Positions 17,742-26,602 of a DNA stretch of 64,000 bases are shown piece after piece. The stretch's first letter is position 1. Every line of letters starts with the position of its first letter. Origin of the DNA: a virus (Duplodnaviria > Caudoviricetes); the IMG/VR virus record IMGVR_UViG_3300044620_001883, positions 128,001 through 192,000 of that record; one strand, given 5' to 3'. Below the pieces are notes generated by a model. The model was not told the DNA's origin. It searched no databases and worked only from the letters and a program-made list of their open reading frames with translations. Both the position numbers and the translations under genes were made by a program.

Positions 17742-20090
17742 ATGAAACACATCCTCACAGCCCTCCTACTCCTGACCGCCACCTTGGCGGCCCAGACCTC
17801 CACGCTCGTGATCAGCAATGGCAAGTTGGCTACAGATCTTGATGCCAACACGAAGTCGATCCTGAATGCAGGTAAGATTGGACTTGGTGGTACTGGCACC
17901 CTGGATTCAGCCCTGCATTTCCTACCTGGTGGTGCACCAACGACCAACGCCTATGGGATCAAGTGGGGCGACACTGGCGCCGTCTTGTACCAGAGTGCTA
18001 CCGGCACTGTGACGCTCACGGGCAACCTGGTGGTCAGCGGCACCATCCAAGCCTCAACTGGGATTGTGGACCTCGCGGGCACCAACAGTTTCACTGGGGC
18101 CAACAGTTTTGCAGCAGCCACGACGGTTGCGGACCTGATCCTCTCGGGAACCTTCTCGGTCGCGAATGACACAGTCCGGGACAACGTCAGAGCTGCAGCA
18201 GAACTTGTCCCCGGCACAGATGTCCAAGAGTACAGCGCAAAGCTTGCGGACATCCACAACCTGACCCCGGCAGACAGTGCATTCCTGGTCGGTAATGGTA
18301 CGACGTGGGTAGCCGAGACAACCTCGACGGCTCGCACCTCTCTAGGTCTTGGTACCGCTGACAGCCCCACCTTCACGAACCAGACCCTCACAGGCAACCT
18401 GTCCGTCACGGGCGTCTCAACCCTGACGGGACGGGTCACCGCCAGTGGTGGGATTCAATTTGCAGCCGGGGGAACCTGGGCGGCTTCTGGATCTGGAACG
18501 ATCACGAATGACCCGTTGGTACTTGGGAGCACGCTGGCTGTCACGGGCGCCACGACCCTCACAGGGGTTGTGACGTTGGGCGCAGGGGGGCTTACCCTGA
18601 CTTCCAGCGGCACCACCGCCACACTGGCAGGAAAGCTGGTTGCCACTTCCCTGGAGTTGAGCACAACTCCCCTGGCCATCGCATACGGGGGACTGGGAAT
18701 TTCCAGTGCTGCCGATGGAACCTTCCCGGTTAGCAACGGTACGAACTACGTAGCCACGACTGTGACCCCGTTTGCGCTCACGATCCTAGACGACACGACG
18801 GATGCTGCAGTACGCGCCACTCTGGGGCTTTCAACCGCTGGAGGCGACCTGACGGGCACGTACCCGAATCCAACCCTGGCGGCCAATTCCGTCGCGCTCG
18901 GGACAGACACGACAGGCAACTATGTACTTTCCTTGGCTGACTCCGGCGCTGGAGCCTTTACGATCACCAATGGAGCAACGGAGGGCGGCGCCGCGACAAT
19001 CGCGCTGGCCAACAACGGTGTCACGCTGAACACGCACACGGCGGGTGACTATGTCGCCACCGTGACGGCGGGGACTGGGGTCACGATCGCAGGCGCAGGC
19101 ACGGAGGGCAGGGCTGCCACGATCAGCATCGGGCAAGATGTCGCAACAAGCGCATCCCCCACTTTCACAGGGCTCACGGTCACAACCCTGACGACTACAA
19201 ACCTGGTGCTGTCTTCCGGACGCGTTATGACGACCGAGTTCGCAACGAACGCCGTCGGGGTCGCGTCTTCAATCTGGGGCGGCAGCGCCGGCAACGCGCT
19301 CGTCTATGAAGGCGCCACGGCGGATTCGGATGAGACATCCTTGACTGCTGTGGACCCAACCGCCGACAATGAGGTGCGTCTTCCGGATGGGAGCGGCACT
19401 TTGATGCTCTCGCTGCTGACCGACAACGCGCCCAACAAGACCGGCGCGGTCTGGACGAATACCGACGCGGTCGTCTACGAGGGCACCACCGCCGACGGCA
19501 TCACGCTATCCTTGGTATCACCCGATCCTGTGACGTCGAGCAAGACCGTCACGTTGCCGAACGCCACCACAACCTTGGTGGGCCGTGACACTACCGACAC
19601 GCTGACGAACAAGACCCTGACGTCCCCTATCTTGACCACGCCCCTTATGGCGGACACGGGTGACACGACAAAGCGGATGACGACAAACCTCTCCGGCGCC
19701 ACGACGGCCAAGACCCGCACCATTGTCAGCAGCCACACAGACAACCGCAGCAATACCATCCCGGACGTGGCTGGAACATTCGAGATAGCCCAGACCACAA
19801 CCACCGTGGCACTCATCGCCGACGATCAAGTTGTGACACCGGGCGCCGTCACACGCATTGCTCTGACGAGCGACGACGCCGTGGCCGCCAATCGTACTTT
19901 CACACTGAGCACCACCGGCGCCGTCACAGGTTCCATTTACTGTCTGCTAGGTCCTCCGACTGACGCTTGCGTTCTTGAGGATACAGGCATTCAAGTGCTG
20001 TCTGCTGACTGGACACCAGGGCCTGATGACACGCTGATGCTTTGGTTTGACGGCACCAACTTCTACGAGGTTGGACGATCCGCCAATTAA
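17742..20090 (+). CDS. long fibre-like protein with an apparent Sec signal peptide
   Basis: Thr/Gly/Ala-rich; fibre motifs DVQEYSAKL, TARTSLGLG, GGDLTGTYPNP and DTLTNKTLTSP; N-terminus MKHILTALLLLTATLAA-Q. Confidence 0.65.
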   Translation: MKHILTALLLLTATLAAQTSTLVISNGKLATDLDANTKSILNAGKIGLGGTGTLDSALHFLPGGAPTTNAYGIKWGDTGAVLYQSATGTVTLTGNLVVSGTIQASTGIVDLAGTNSFTGANSFAAATTVADLILSGTFSVANDTVRDNVRAAAELVPGTDVQEYSAKLADIHNLTPADSAFLVGNGTTWVAETTSTARTSLGLGTADSPTFTNQTLTGNLSVTGVSTLTGRVTASGGIQFAAGGTWAASGSGTITNDPLVLGSTLAVTGATTLTGVVTLGAGGLTLTSSGTTATLAGKLVATSLELSTTPLAIAYGGLGISSAADGTFPVSNGTNYVATTVTPFALTILDDTTDAAVRATLGLSTAGGDLTGTYPNPTLAANSVALGTDTTGNYVLSLADSGAGAFTITNGATEGGAATIALANNGVTLNTHTAGDYVATVTAGTGVTIAGAGTEGRAATISIGQDVATSASPTFTGLTVTTLTTTNLVLSSGRVMTTEFATNAVGVASSIWGGSAGNALVYEGATADSDETSLTAVDPTADNEVRLPDGSGTLMLSLLTDNAPNKTGAVWTNTDAVVYEGTTADGITLSLVSPDPVTSSKTVTLPNATTTLVGRDTTDTLTNKTLTSPILTTPLMADTGDTTKRMTTNLSGATTAKTRTIVSSHTDNRSNTIPDVAGTFEIAQTTTTVALIADDQVVTPGAVTRIALTSDDAVAANRTFTLSTTGAVTGSIYCLLGPPTDACVLEDTGIQVLSADWTPGPDDTLMLWFDGTNFYEVGRSAN

Positions 20091-20191
20091 GCGCAACTGC
20101 GTGGGTATACGCGTTATAGATATTTGGAAGACCGTCCGTTTTGGTGGGTGTCTTCCATCGCCACTGTCATGCAGGCAGGTGTGCTCAATTT

Positions 20192-21142
20192 ATGACGGAA
20201 CAAACAACGAGGTATAGACTGCTGACCTCCGTCAGAACAGCGGTCAGAGAGTACGTGGACACCAACCCGCAGTACGCGGCAGGTGGAACCTTCCACGTGA
20301 TCGGCGTCCTGTCTGTGAAGCAGGACGCTTCAGGAAACTGGAACGTGGTTAATGACAACCACGTCTCGGTTGTGGCACAAGATGGGTTTCCAGACCCAGA
20401 GGCTAGGAAGATACCTGGCCTACCACAGCACGCTGTCGTGGTGGAGTATTTGCTCCGCACGACAGGTAACCCGGTGACCGACCTGGTCGAACTGGTCTGG
20501 GAACCTGATAGCGACGCGTTGGTCAGTGCGCTACAGCGTCTGGCCATGCGGCAGGATGGCCTGCAGCGGATGCAGCTCTTCGAAACCGAAGAGCAGGACA
20601 TCAACCGCCGGTCCTTGGGTCAGGCGCGGCGGCAGCGTGAGGAGGCGCAGCGCGCGGCGGACAGGGCCGCTTGGGCGCAGGCAATGCTGGAGGCCGAGGC
20701 CCAGCGCAACAAGGCCAAGGCAGAAGCCAAGGCCTTGAAGCGCACCAAGGCCTTGGCTAAAGCTAAGGCCAAGAAGGAGGCCAAGAAGGAGGCCAAGAAG
20801 GCCAAGAAGGTCAGGAAGCAGACTGCGGTTCGTCCACCCGTGACGGATGTGTCAGTGGCCCAGGCTAAACGCGCACGCCAGCACTACGAAGCCGAGCATG
20901 GACTCGGTAGCTTCGAGCGCATCCACATCGAGGAGCAGCTCAGGTTGGAACGCGCGGCGTGGTGCCTGCCTGAGGTTCCCCTGGCACCTAGCAACTGCAA
21001 GGTGATGCGGAACTGTTGCGGTAGCATCCCCCATGGGATGTCGCGTTACCAGGTGCCCAAGTACAACCTCGAGTTCTACGAGGGGCGGTCATACCGCGAG
21101 ACCCCCAGCTACTGCTGGAGGCAGGGCCGCACCGCCCGCTAG
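20192..21142 (+). CDS. hypothetical protein with Lys/Ala-rich coiled coil
   Basis: AKAKAKKEAKKEAKKAKK tract; start moved to ATG 20192. Confidence 0.6.
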   Translation: MTEQTTRYRLLTSVRTAVREYVDTNPQYAAGGTFHVIGVLSVKQDASGNWNVVNDNHVSVVAQDGFPDPEARKIPGLPQHAVVVEYLLRTTGNPVTDLVELVWEPDSDALVSALQRLAMRQDGLQRMQLFETEEQDINRRSLGQARRQREEAQRAADRAAWAQAMLEAEAQRNKAKAEAKALKRTKALAKAKAKKEAKKEAKKAKKVRKQTAVRPPVTDVSVAQAKRARQHYEAEHGLGSFERIHIEEQLRLERAAWCLPEVPLAPSNCKVMRNCCGSIPHGMSRYQVPKYNLEFYEGRSYRETPSYCWRQGRTAR

Positions 21143-21247
21143 GCAGAAACACCCGCGACGAAGTGCTTGGCACTCCGTGGGACTATTTCGGGAGAATCCC
21201 TCCCACCGACGCTCTCCCGGTACATCAGGAGGGCAACCCATAAACAC

Positions 21248-21562
21248 ATGTATATGCACAAAACATTGGTCAGCGTAGGGACCCTTACGGCGTCCCTACT
21301 GACACTGGGCTTCCTGATCGGCGCGGTCAGGTTGCTCCTCATCTGGTGGGCCGTTGCCGCCAGCATTGGCCACCGTGCCGCCGCAATCCTGTTGGTCCCT
21401 GTGGGACTGATGGTTCTCGTTGGCGGCGCGATCGCGCAAATCGCGAAGCTCTGTTGGGAAGAGCTTCGCGACATCAACTGCGGCCAGGAGGCCGCGGAGC
21501 AGCGGGAGCTGCAAAACAGCAGGGATGACATTGAGTTGGCCCAAGGGAAGGAGGAGCTATGA
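21248..21562 (+). CDS. small 2-TM membrane protein
   Basis: Two hydrophobic segments. Confidence 0.55.
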   Translation: MYMHKTLVSVGTLTASLLTLGFLIGAVRLLLIWWAVAASIGHRAAAILLVPVGLMVLVGGAIAQIAKLCWEELRDINCGQEAAEQRELQNSRDDIELAQGKEEL

Positions 21563-22125
21563 AGTTCCCCTTTTCGGATACTCCGACGTTCCGGAGTTGG
21601 GCGGGCACCCTCATCGACGGGAACTGCCTTGAGGTGACGGAGGTCTTGTCGATTTGGTCGTTTCGCGAGATCACAGATCAGCGAGAGATCCCCGGTATCG
21701 ACACGACCGGGCAGGTGACCCATGCGGTCTATTACCAAGCTCCTGGGACTTCCAGGATACTGATCGCAGTGTTTGCGATGTTGGAGGACCGTGGTGAGTA
21801 CCGCTACATCATGGGTGCTGGCGTAAACCCATCAACTGGGGAATGGCGCGGGAACCACGATCTCAGCGCTGGTGAGATCGCTAGCCTGATCCGGCAGGGG
21901 CATCTATATGCCTGTGAAAAGGTCACCGCGGAGGCGGCGGCCGAGCGGCGTCAACCCACTGCCCAAGAGCCCAACATCCAGATCCAGTTCCAGGGCTACA
22001 CCTTGGATCTGTTCATGACGGATAACGGTTCCTTGGGGCTGACGATCGAGAGGTCGCCAGCCCATGAAGATAATCCCAGCGTGGATGTTTTCATCACGCA
22101 GGACCTCAAGGTCACGCATGTGTAA
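21559..22125 (+). CDS. hypothetical protein
   Basis: 188 aa, ATGA overlap. Confidence 0.65.
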   Translation: MKFPFSDTPTFRSWAGTLIDGNCLEVTEVLSIWSFREITDQREIPGIDTTGQVTHAVYYQAPGTSRILIAVFAMLEDRGEYRYIMGAGVNPSTGEWRGNHDLSAGEIASLIRQGHLYACEKVTAEAAAERRQPTAQEPNIQIQFQGYTLDLFMTDNGSLGLTIERSPAHEDNPSVDVFITQDLKVTHV

Positions 22126-22130
22126 GGTAA

Positions 22131-22166
22131 CCACCCGTCGTCCTTCGGGGCGGCGGGTGGCTTTTC
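22131..22166 (+). terminator. rho-independent terminator with C(UUCG)G loop
   Basis: CCACCCGTCGTCC-TTCG-GGGCGGCGGGTGG followed by CTTTTC. Confidence 0.85.
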
Positions 22167-22222
22167 GTTAGCTATGACGTCGCTTGACCTGTACAGGCTT
22201 TCGTGGTCAAATGTGTGTTGTC

Positions 22223-22618
22223 ATGAAGTACATCACCACACTTATCGTCCTCATTGTCTCCGCGTTGTTCCTCAACAACTGCACTACCACCCAAAGGGAT
22301 GCGTCCAAAAAGTACGCCTCCCAAATCAGCCGGGAAGTGGCCAGGTCGGCCGGTATCGCCGCCGCCGCGGTCGCAACCAACCTGATTCAACTCAAGCTCA
22401 ATGAGGCAACAGCCAAGCTGAGCGAGCAACGTGCAACTCTTGGCCCCAAGAATCCCGGTAGTGTCGTCACATTGACCAAGCTTGGCTTCCAGGAGATTGC
22501 GGTCGTGGAGGCCGAGAGGCTCCTGCGGCGCGCCGAGGTTGAGCTGGCAAAGCTCAAAGATGTTGATGCCCTGCCTGCACCTGCTGAAGCTCTTGCTCCA
22601 GTCGTGGTTACACCCTGA
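22223..22618 (+). CDS. putative lipoprotein (spanin-like candidate)
   Basis: MKYITTLIVLIVSALFLNNC signal with Cys, followed by helical coiled coil. Confidence 0.55.
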   Translation: MKYITTLIVLIVSALFLNNCTTTQRDASKKYASQISREVARSAGIAAAAVATNLIQLKLNEATAKLSEQRATLGPKNPGSVVTLTKLGFQEIAVVEAERLLRRAEVELAKLKDVDALPAPAEALAPVVVTP

Positions 22619-22649
22619 GTCATTTTAACCCCACCACCCCGCGCACACC

Positions 22650-23075
22650 ATGCCTCCAGATCTCAAAGCCTTCCTGATCAACCTCTTCTCCAAAAACACC
22701 GGCTCGATTGCTCGTGCTGTGGCTGGCATCGTAGCCGCCGGCATTGCTGCTTTGGCTGTCAAGCTGTTCGGTTACACGCTGTCCGGTGAGGAATACCTCA
22801 AGCTCACCGGCATGGTCGCGGGTGGTGCCATGTGGTTCCTGGGCGAAGTCGTCAAGTACATCGAGAACAAGAACATCACAGCGCTGCAGGCAGCCGTGCA
22901 AACTATCGCGCCGGAAGTTCTTACCGACGGTCACATTGGTCCCGTCACTGTGGCGGCCGTGGAGCGCGCAGCTGAAACGCTCAGCGCCTTCAAGGCAGCA
23001 GGTGCCGGGGGCACGGTTGATGAACGAGCCACCGCCGCTACCGTGGTGGTAGCAATGAAACCACCTGCGTTGTGA
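22650..23075 (+). CDS. holin-like 2-TM membrane protein
   Basis: Two hydrophobic helices; next to the lipoprotein gene. Confidence 0.5.
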   Translation: MPPDLKAFLINLFSKNTGSIARAVAGIVAAGIAALAVKLFGYTLSGEEYLKLTGMVAGGAMWFLGEVVKYIENKNITALQAAVQTIAPEVLTDGHIGPVTVAAVERAAETLSAFKAAGAGGTVDERATAATVVVAMKPPAL

Positions 23076-23632
23076 CGTCCAACGACCTCGATTTCCGCAC
23101 CGCACAGTCGCGTGCGAGGCAGATCCTCATGATGGATACTGACGCACGCTTCGCTGTGCTGCGGGGGCTGCGTCTCGATAACCCGAAGCTCGCAGACGTT
23201 GTCGAGGAAGAGATCCGCAAGCTGCAGCTGGTGGTGCGGGGTGGTAGGGATACGCCAGTCAATACTCACGTCACGTTGTGGAAAAAGCACTGGCGGGATA
23301 TCAAGCTGCATGCGTTCGCGCTGCGCTTCTACCAACACCAGACTTGGGAGGTGAAGGCGGGAGACATCTACTGTATTACCCGCCACGGTCCTGCGCTCTA
23401 CCAGGTGGCAGGCTTCACGGACTCGGTGATGATGCGCACACTCTACACCGACCAAGGCCCGGTGAACCCAGAGGACCCACCGAAGGACTGGGAATGGGAA
23501 GCCGAAGAATTCACCCGCGGTGGTTTTGCCGCGAGTCGAATCCACATTCCACACTGGATCTGGGACATGGTCGCGAAGGAGCACGCCATTGAGGTAGATT
23601 GGTCGCTTCTCAATCCTGAGAACAACAATTGA
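23072..23632 (+). CDS. hypothetical protein
   Basis: 186 aa, GTG start overlapping the previous stop. Confidence 0.6.
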   Translation: MTSNDLDFRTAQSRARQILMMDTDARFAVLRGLRLDNPKLADVVEEEIRKLQLVVRGGRDTPVNTHVTLWKKHWRDIKLHAFALRFYQHQTWEVKAGDIYCITRHGPALYQVAGFTDSVMMRTLYTDQGPVNPEDPPKDWEWEAEEFTRGGFAASRIHIPHWIWDMVAKEHAIEVDWSLLNPENNN

Positions 23633-23644
23633 TCGATTTTCTCA

Positions 23645-23672
23645 TTGACGATGCACGAGGGCTGCCCAGGAT
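23645..23672 (+). promoter_or_regulatory. sigma70-like promoter (leaderless)
   Basis: TTGACG-N16-CAGGAT, ATG 6 nt downstream. Confidence 0.4.
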
Positions 23673-23678
23673 GCACGC

Positions 23679-24050
23679 ATGCCCGAAACCGAAGAATCGT
23701 CCAGCTGGCCCGCCGCCGACGGCGCCACCTTCCTGCAAGCGCTCCAGAAAGCGCCATCCGCTGAAGTAAAGCGCGCCCGTGACGGAGCGGCCTGGTTCAC
23801 ACTCCACACGATCTACATCCCGCATACGCGCCTGTATTACGGGCTGACCGCAGTGTTGCGTCGCAAGCACCTGCGCTGGTACTGTCACGCGGGCCGGGTG
23901 AACCCGCGTCGTGCCAAGTATGCGATGCGTACAGCCACGCGGTACTGGAAGGCACTACGCCGTCGGCAAGTCTCCCACCCGCAGGAGACGAAACGCTTCC
24001 TTGATCTCATTCTACCCCCACGCTCCCATGCCCAAACCCCTCGAATCTGA
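23679..24050 (+). CDS. hypothetical basic protein
   Basis: 123 aa, Arg-rich C-terminal half. Confidence 0.55.
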   Translation: MPETEESSSWPAADGATFLQALQKAPSAEVKRARDGAAWFTLHTIYIPHTRLYYGLTAVLRRKHLRWYCHAGRVNPRRAKYAMRTATRYWKALRRRQVSHPQETKRFLDLILPPRSHAQTPRI

Positions 24051-24447
24051 CCACCAACGCTACCAAGTTCAGTGCTGCATCGCAGACGCTTCGGTCCACT
24101 GGGATCCTCGCTGTCAGTTTGGTGCCACAGGGCGTGCGGAGATCCGGCACGTCTTTGCCCAACCTCTGGTGTGGTTTCGCCCCGACGATGCAGGGGTCAA
24201 GCATCCAACCTGCTTCGCGATGCCGTTGGATGCGCTGCACTTCAGCCCGGCTGATGTGGCAGCCATGCCGGTGTTCTACCAGCGGTTACTTGACCCACAA
24301 CACCGGGACTGGTCGGTCTCGAAGCTGGTGGGAAAGAAACCAGACCTGATTGGATCTGTGGGTCCAGCACCGGTACCCCAAGGCAAGAAAGGTGTTGCTC
24401 GCTATGCTGGCACCTACGTGGCACCCACCGAACCTTTCCCAGTATGA
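24028..24447 (+). CDS. hypothetical protein
   Basis: 3' part of the 23911-24447 frame; C-rich start context. Confidence 0.55.
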   Translation: MPKPLESDHQRYQVQCCIADASVHWDPRCQFGATGRAEIRHVFAQPLVWFRPDDAGVKHPTCFAMPLDALHFSPADVAAMPVFYQRLLDPQHRDWSVSKLVGKKPDLIGSVGPAPVPQGKKGVARYAGTYVAPTEPFPV

Positions 24448-24911
24448 CACGCGCACAATTCACCGCACAGGACTGGTCAAAATCGGAACATCCGCTTGTG
24501 CAGGAACTCTACAACCTGGGCTGGGCGTTAGCCATCAAGGTTGAGCGTGGTGACCTGCTGGCATACGCATGGCGGAACACACCGCACCGCAAAGACATCA
24601 CGCCAGAATTTGTGGGCGCCATCGACAGCCCTGGTGCGGCGCTTGACAGAATCCTCATAGCGGTACTCGAATCTGCCAAGTCTGCCGACCGGTCCGACAA
24701 TCTACGTCGCAGCATGAGCTACACCGAGGTACCACTGCACTCCTGCTGTGCATGCCGTCACATGGTGACTGCGCCTTGTCCACCAGATGAGAAGGGAATG
24801 GAAGAGTATTCCTGCCACCACCCCGCTGCTGGCAAACCCTTCCCGGTGTTGCCCGTCGGCCGTTGCCCTCATCACGAAACGAAATCTTCAACCTCTGACC
24901 ATCATGAATGA
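24444..24911 (+). CDS. hypothetical protein with C-terminal Cys/His-rich domain
   Basis: CCACRH...YSCHHPAA...VGRCPHH. Confidence 0.6.
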   Translation: MTRAQFTAQDWSKSEHPLVQELYNLGWALAIKVERGDLLAYAWRNTPHRKDITPEFVGAIDSPGAALDRILIAVLESAKSADRSDNLRRSMSYTEVPLHSCCACRHMVTAPCPPDEKGMEEYSCHHPAAGKPFPVLPVGRCPHHETKSSTSDHHE

Positions 24912-25131
24912 TCCTGAAGCAAGACTCTTCACGTTGTTACTCCAGAAGATGGAGTACACGGCTCTGACGTCGCCGCGTTGTGACACCTGTCAGCACTGTA
25001 CTGTCGAGGATGACCAAGGCGGACTAGATCACTACTACTGTGATCTGAATCCCGCTGCGACCCTGTCAGTAGAACGCCACGGGCGCTGCAAGTACCACAC
25101 AGTCCGCGTCATCAGCATTTCCAAGCCATGA
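24904..25131 (+). CDS. small Cys/His-rich (Zn-binding) protein
   Basis: CDTCQHC...YYCDLNPAA...HGRCKYH. Confidence 0.6.
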   Translation: MNDPEARLFTLLLQKMEYTALTSPRCDTCQHCTVEDDQGGLDHYYCDLNPAATLSVERHGRCKYHTVRVISISKP

Positions 25132-25358
25132 AACGCCGCTCCCTATTCTCCCTTGTCGCCAAGGCCCTCGGCTTTACGGTCGCGGCTCCGTTGCTGCCTG
25201 CTGCTCCGCTGGATAAACTCAAGCTCTACGACATAGACATTCGTACTCTCCTATGGAGGCAAGCCATGAGGGATGAGATCGCAAAATACCGTGCGGATCC
25301 CCTCGCGATCCACGCCATTCCGTTTCCTGTAACCCACGCTGAATCAAAACAACCATGA
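25128..25358 (+). CDS. small protein with Tat-like N-terminus
   Basis: MKRRSLFSLVAKALGFTVAAPLLPAA. Confidence 0.5.
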   Translation: MKRRSLFSLVAKALGFTVAAPLLPAAPLDKLKLYDIDIRTLLWRQAMRDEIAKYRADPLAIHAIPFPVTHAESKQP

Positions 25359-25561
25359 TCAACCACAGTTTCGGAGACATCGTCGAAGCAGATGTGGACT
25401 ACCTTTGGCGTGGTGATCGTGTCGTATGGCGGAAGGGTCAGCAGGGCAGGATCGTCATGGTCTTCTTGCTAACCTTCAAGGTCATTCCCGCAGGCAAGCA
25501 CCGCAGCATCGAAGTCGAGAAGAGTCACCCCCATCACCTAGTCAGAAAAGCCGAATCATGA
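25355..25561 (+). CDS. small SH3/KOW-like protein
   Basis: GDRVVWRKGQQGRIV pattern. Confidence 0.5.
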   Translation: MINHSFGDIVEADVDYLWRGDRVVWRKGQQGRIVMVFLLTFKVIPAGKHRSIEVEKSHPHHLVRKAES

Positions 25562-26100
25562 ACACACCCCCTCGCAGCTTAACACCATACGGGCAGCAGC
25601 TCTGGGCCGCGGCAGATCTTTGCGTCTCCGGTCCAAACCCTCAATCCGAAGATAGCGCTGAAGACTACTACAAAGCACACGCGGCTTTCAAGGATCTCTG
25701 CCGCCCCGCGCGCATGCTGGGCATGCTCAACACCTACGCGGCGCTCAACCCGCACCCTGCCGAACCGGCCATGGCCCCTGAGCAGCAAGCAAACCGCATT
25801 CAGCGCCTGGAGAAGCTGCTGCTCACGGCCTACGGCTTCCTGGATGTTCTGGATGGGCTACATGCCCCAGGCTTGAACCTTGATTTCAAGGATGTATTCA
25901 GCCCTGAAGACCAGCAACGGCTGCGGGCGCTCAAGGCTGAGGTCCACGGCATCAAACTAGCCGGCGCTGCAACGCCCGGCATGTTCGAGCGCATCAAAGC
26001 CTTCGCGGCCTCGAAAGAATACGGCGACACCAAGGTCTGCGGACTATGCGGTCACATTCACGCCCACGACACCGGCTGTGCGGGCAGCTCGAACTGCTAA
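25558..26100 (+). CDS. hypothetical protein
   Basis: ATGA overlap; C-terminal CGLCGH...C. Confidence 0.6.
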   Translation: MNTPPRSLTPYGQQLWAAADLCVSGPNPQSEDSAEDYYKAHAAFKDLCRPARMLGMLNTYAALNPHPAEPAMAPEQQANRIQRLEKLLLTAYGFLDVLDGLHAPGLNLDFKDVFSPEDQQRLRALKAEVHGIKLAGAATPGMFERIKAFAASKEYGDTKVCGLCGHIHAHDTGCAGSSNC

Positions 26101-26110
26101 CCATCCACCC

Positions 26111-26602
26111 ATGAATAAACTCATCTTCCTCGACCTCGACGGCGTGCTCCGGATTCCGGGCCGCTCACCCCAAGACAGTCTGTTCGGTCACGGCTCCCTC
26201 GCACCTGAGTGTGTCGCACGTTTCAACCGCATCCTCGACGAGACAGGCGCCGAGTTTGTTGTGATCAGCACACTGCTGCGCATACACGGTTGGCCAACGC
26301 TGTGGGCCGCCTTGGATGAAGCCGGTGTCTACATGGATGCCGCGTGCGCCGAGCCATTCCCCATCACAGGTGTACGCTCCAAGAATATCGAAGACTGGTT
26401 GCGCGTACATCCGGCCTGCGATTGGTGCGTCATCGACGACGAACTTCGCCACTACGAAGACTGGCTTGCCTCCGATGAGATGCGGCATGTCTTCGTCCCT
26501 TCCACACGCCACGGCCTTCAAGACAGTACAACCACGAACATCATCAATCACCTCAACAACATCACCACCCATGAAAACAGCATCCCCGATGACACCCTCT
26601 GA
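26111..26602 (+). CDS. HAD-superfamily hydrolase (HAD_SAK_2-like)
   Basis: LIFLDLDGVL, VVIST, WCVIDDE and HVFV...GL motifs. Confidence 0.8.
   Translation: MNKLIFLDLDGVLRIPGRSPQDSLFGHGSLAPECVARFNRILDETGAEFVVISTLLRIHGWPTLWAALDEAGVYMDAACAEPFPITGVRSKNIEDWLRVHPACDWCVIDDELRHYEDWLASDEMRHVFVPSTRHGLQDSTTTNIINHLNNITTHENSIPDDTL

Noticed and set aside
22184-22214. Leaderless promoter for the lipoprotein gene (TTGACC...)
   Set aside because: An nAnnnT box fits only with a 19-nt spacer, too weak to list
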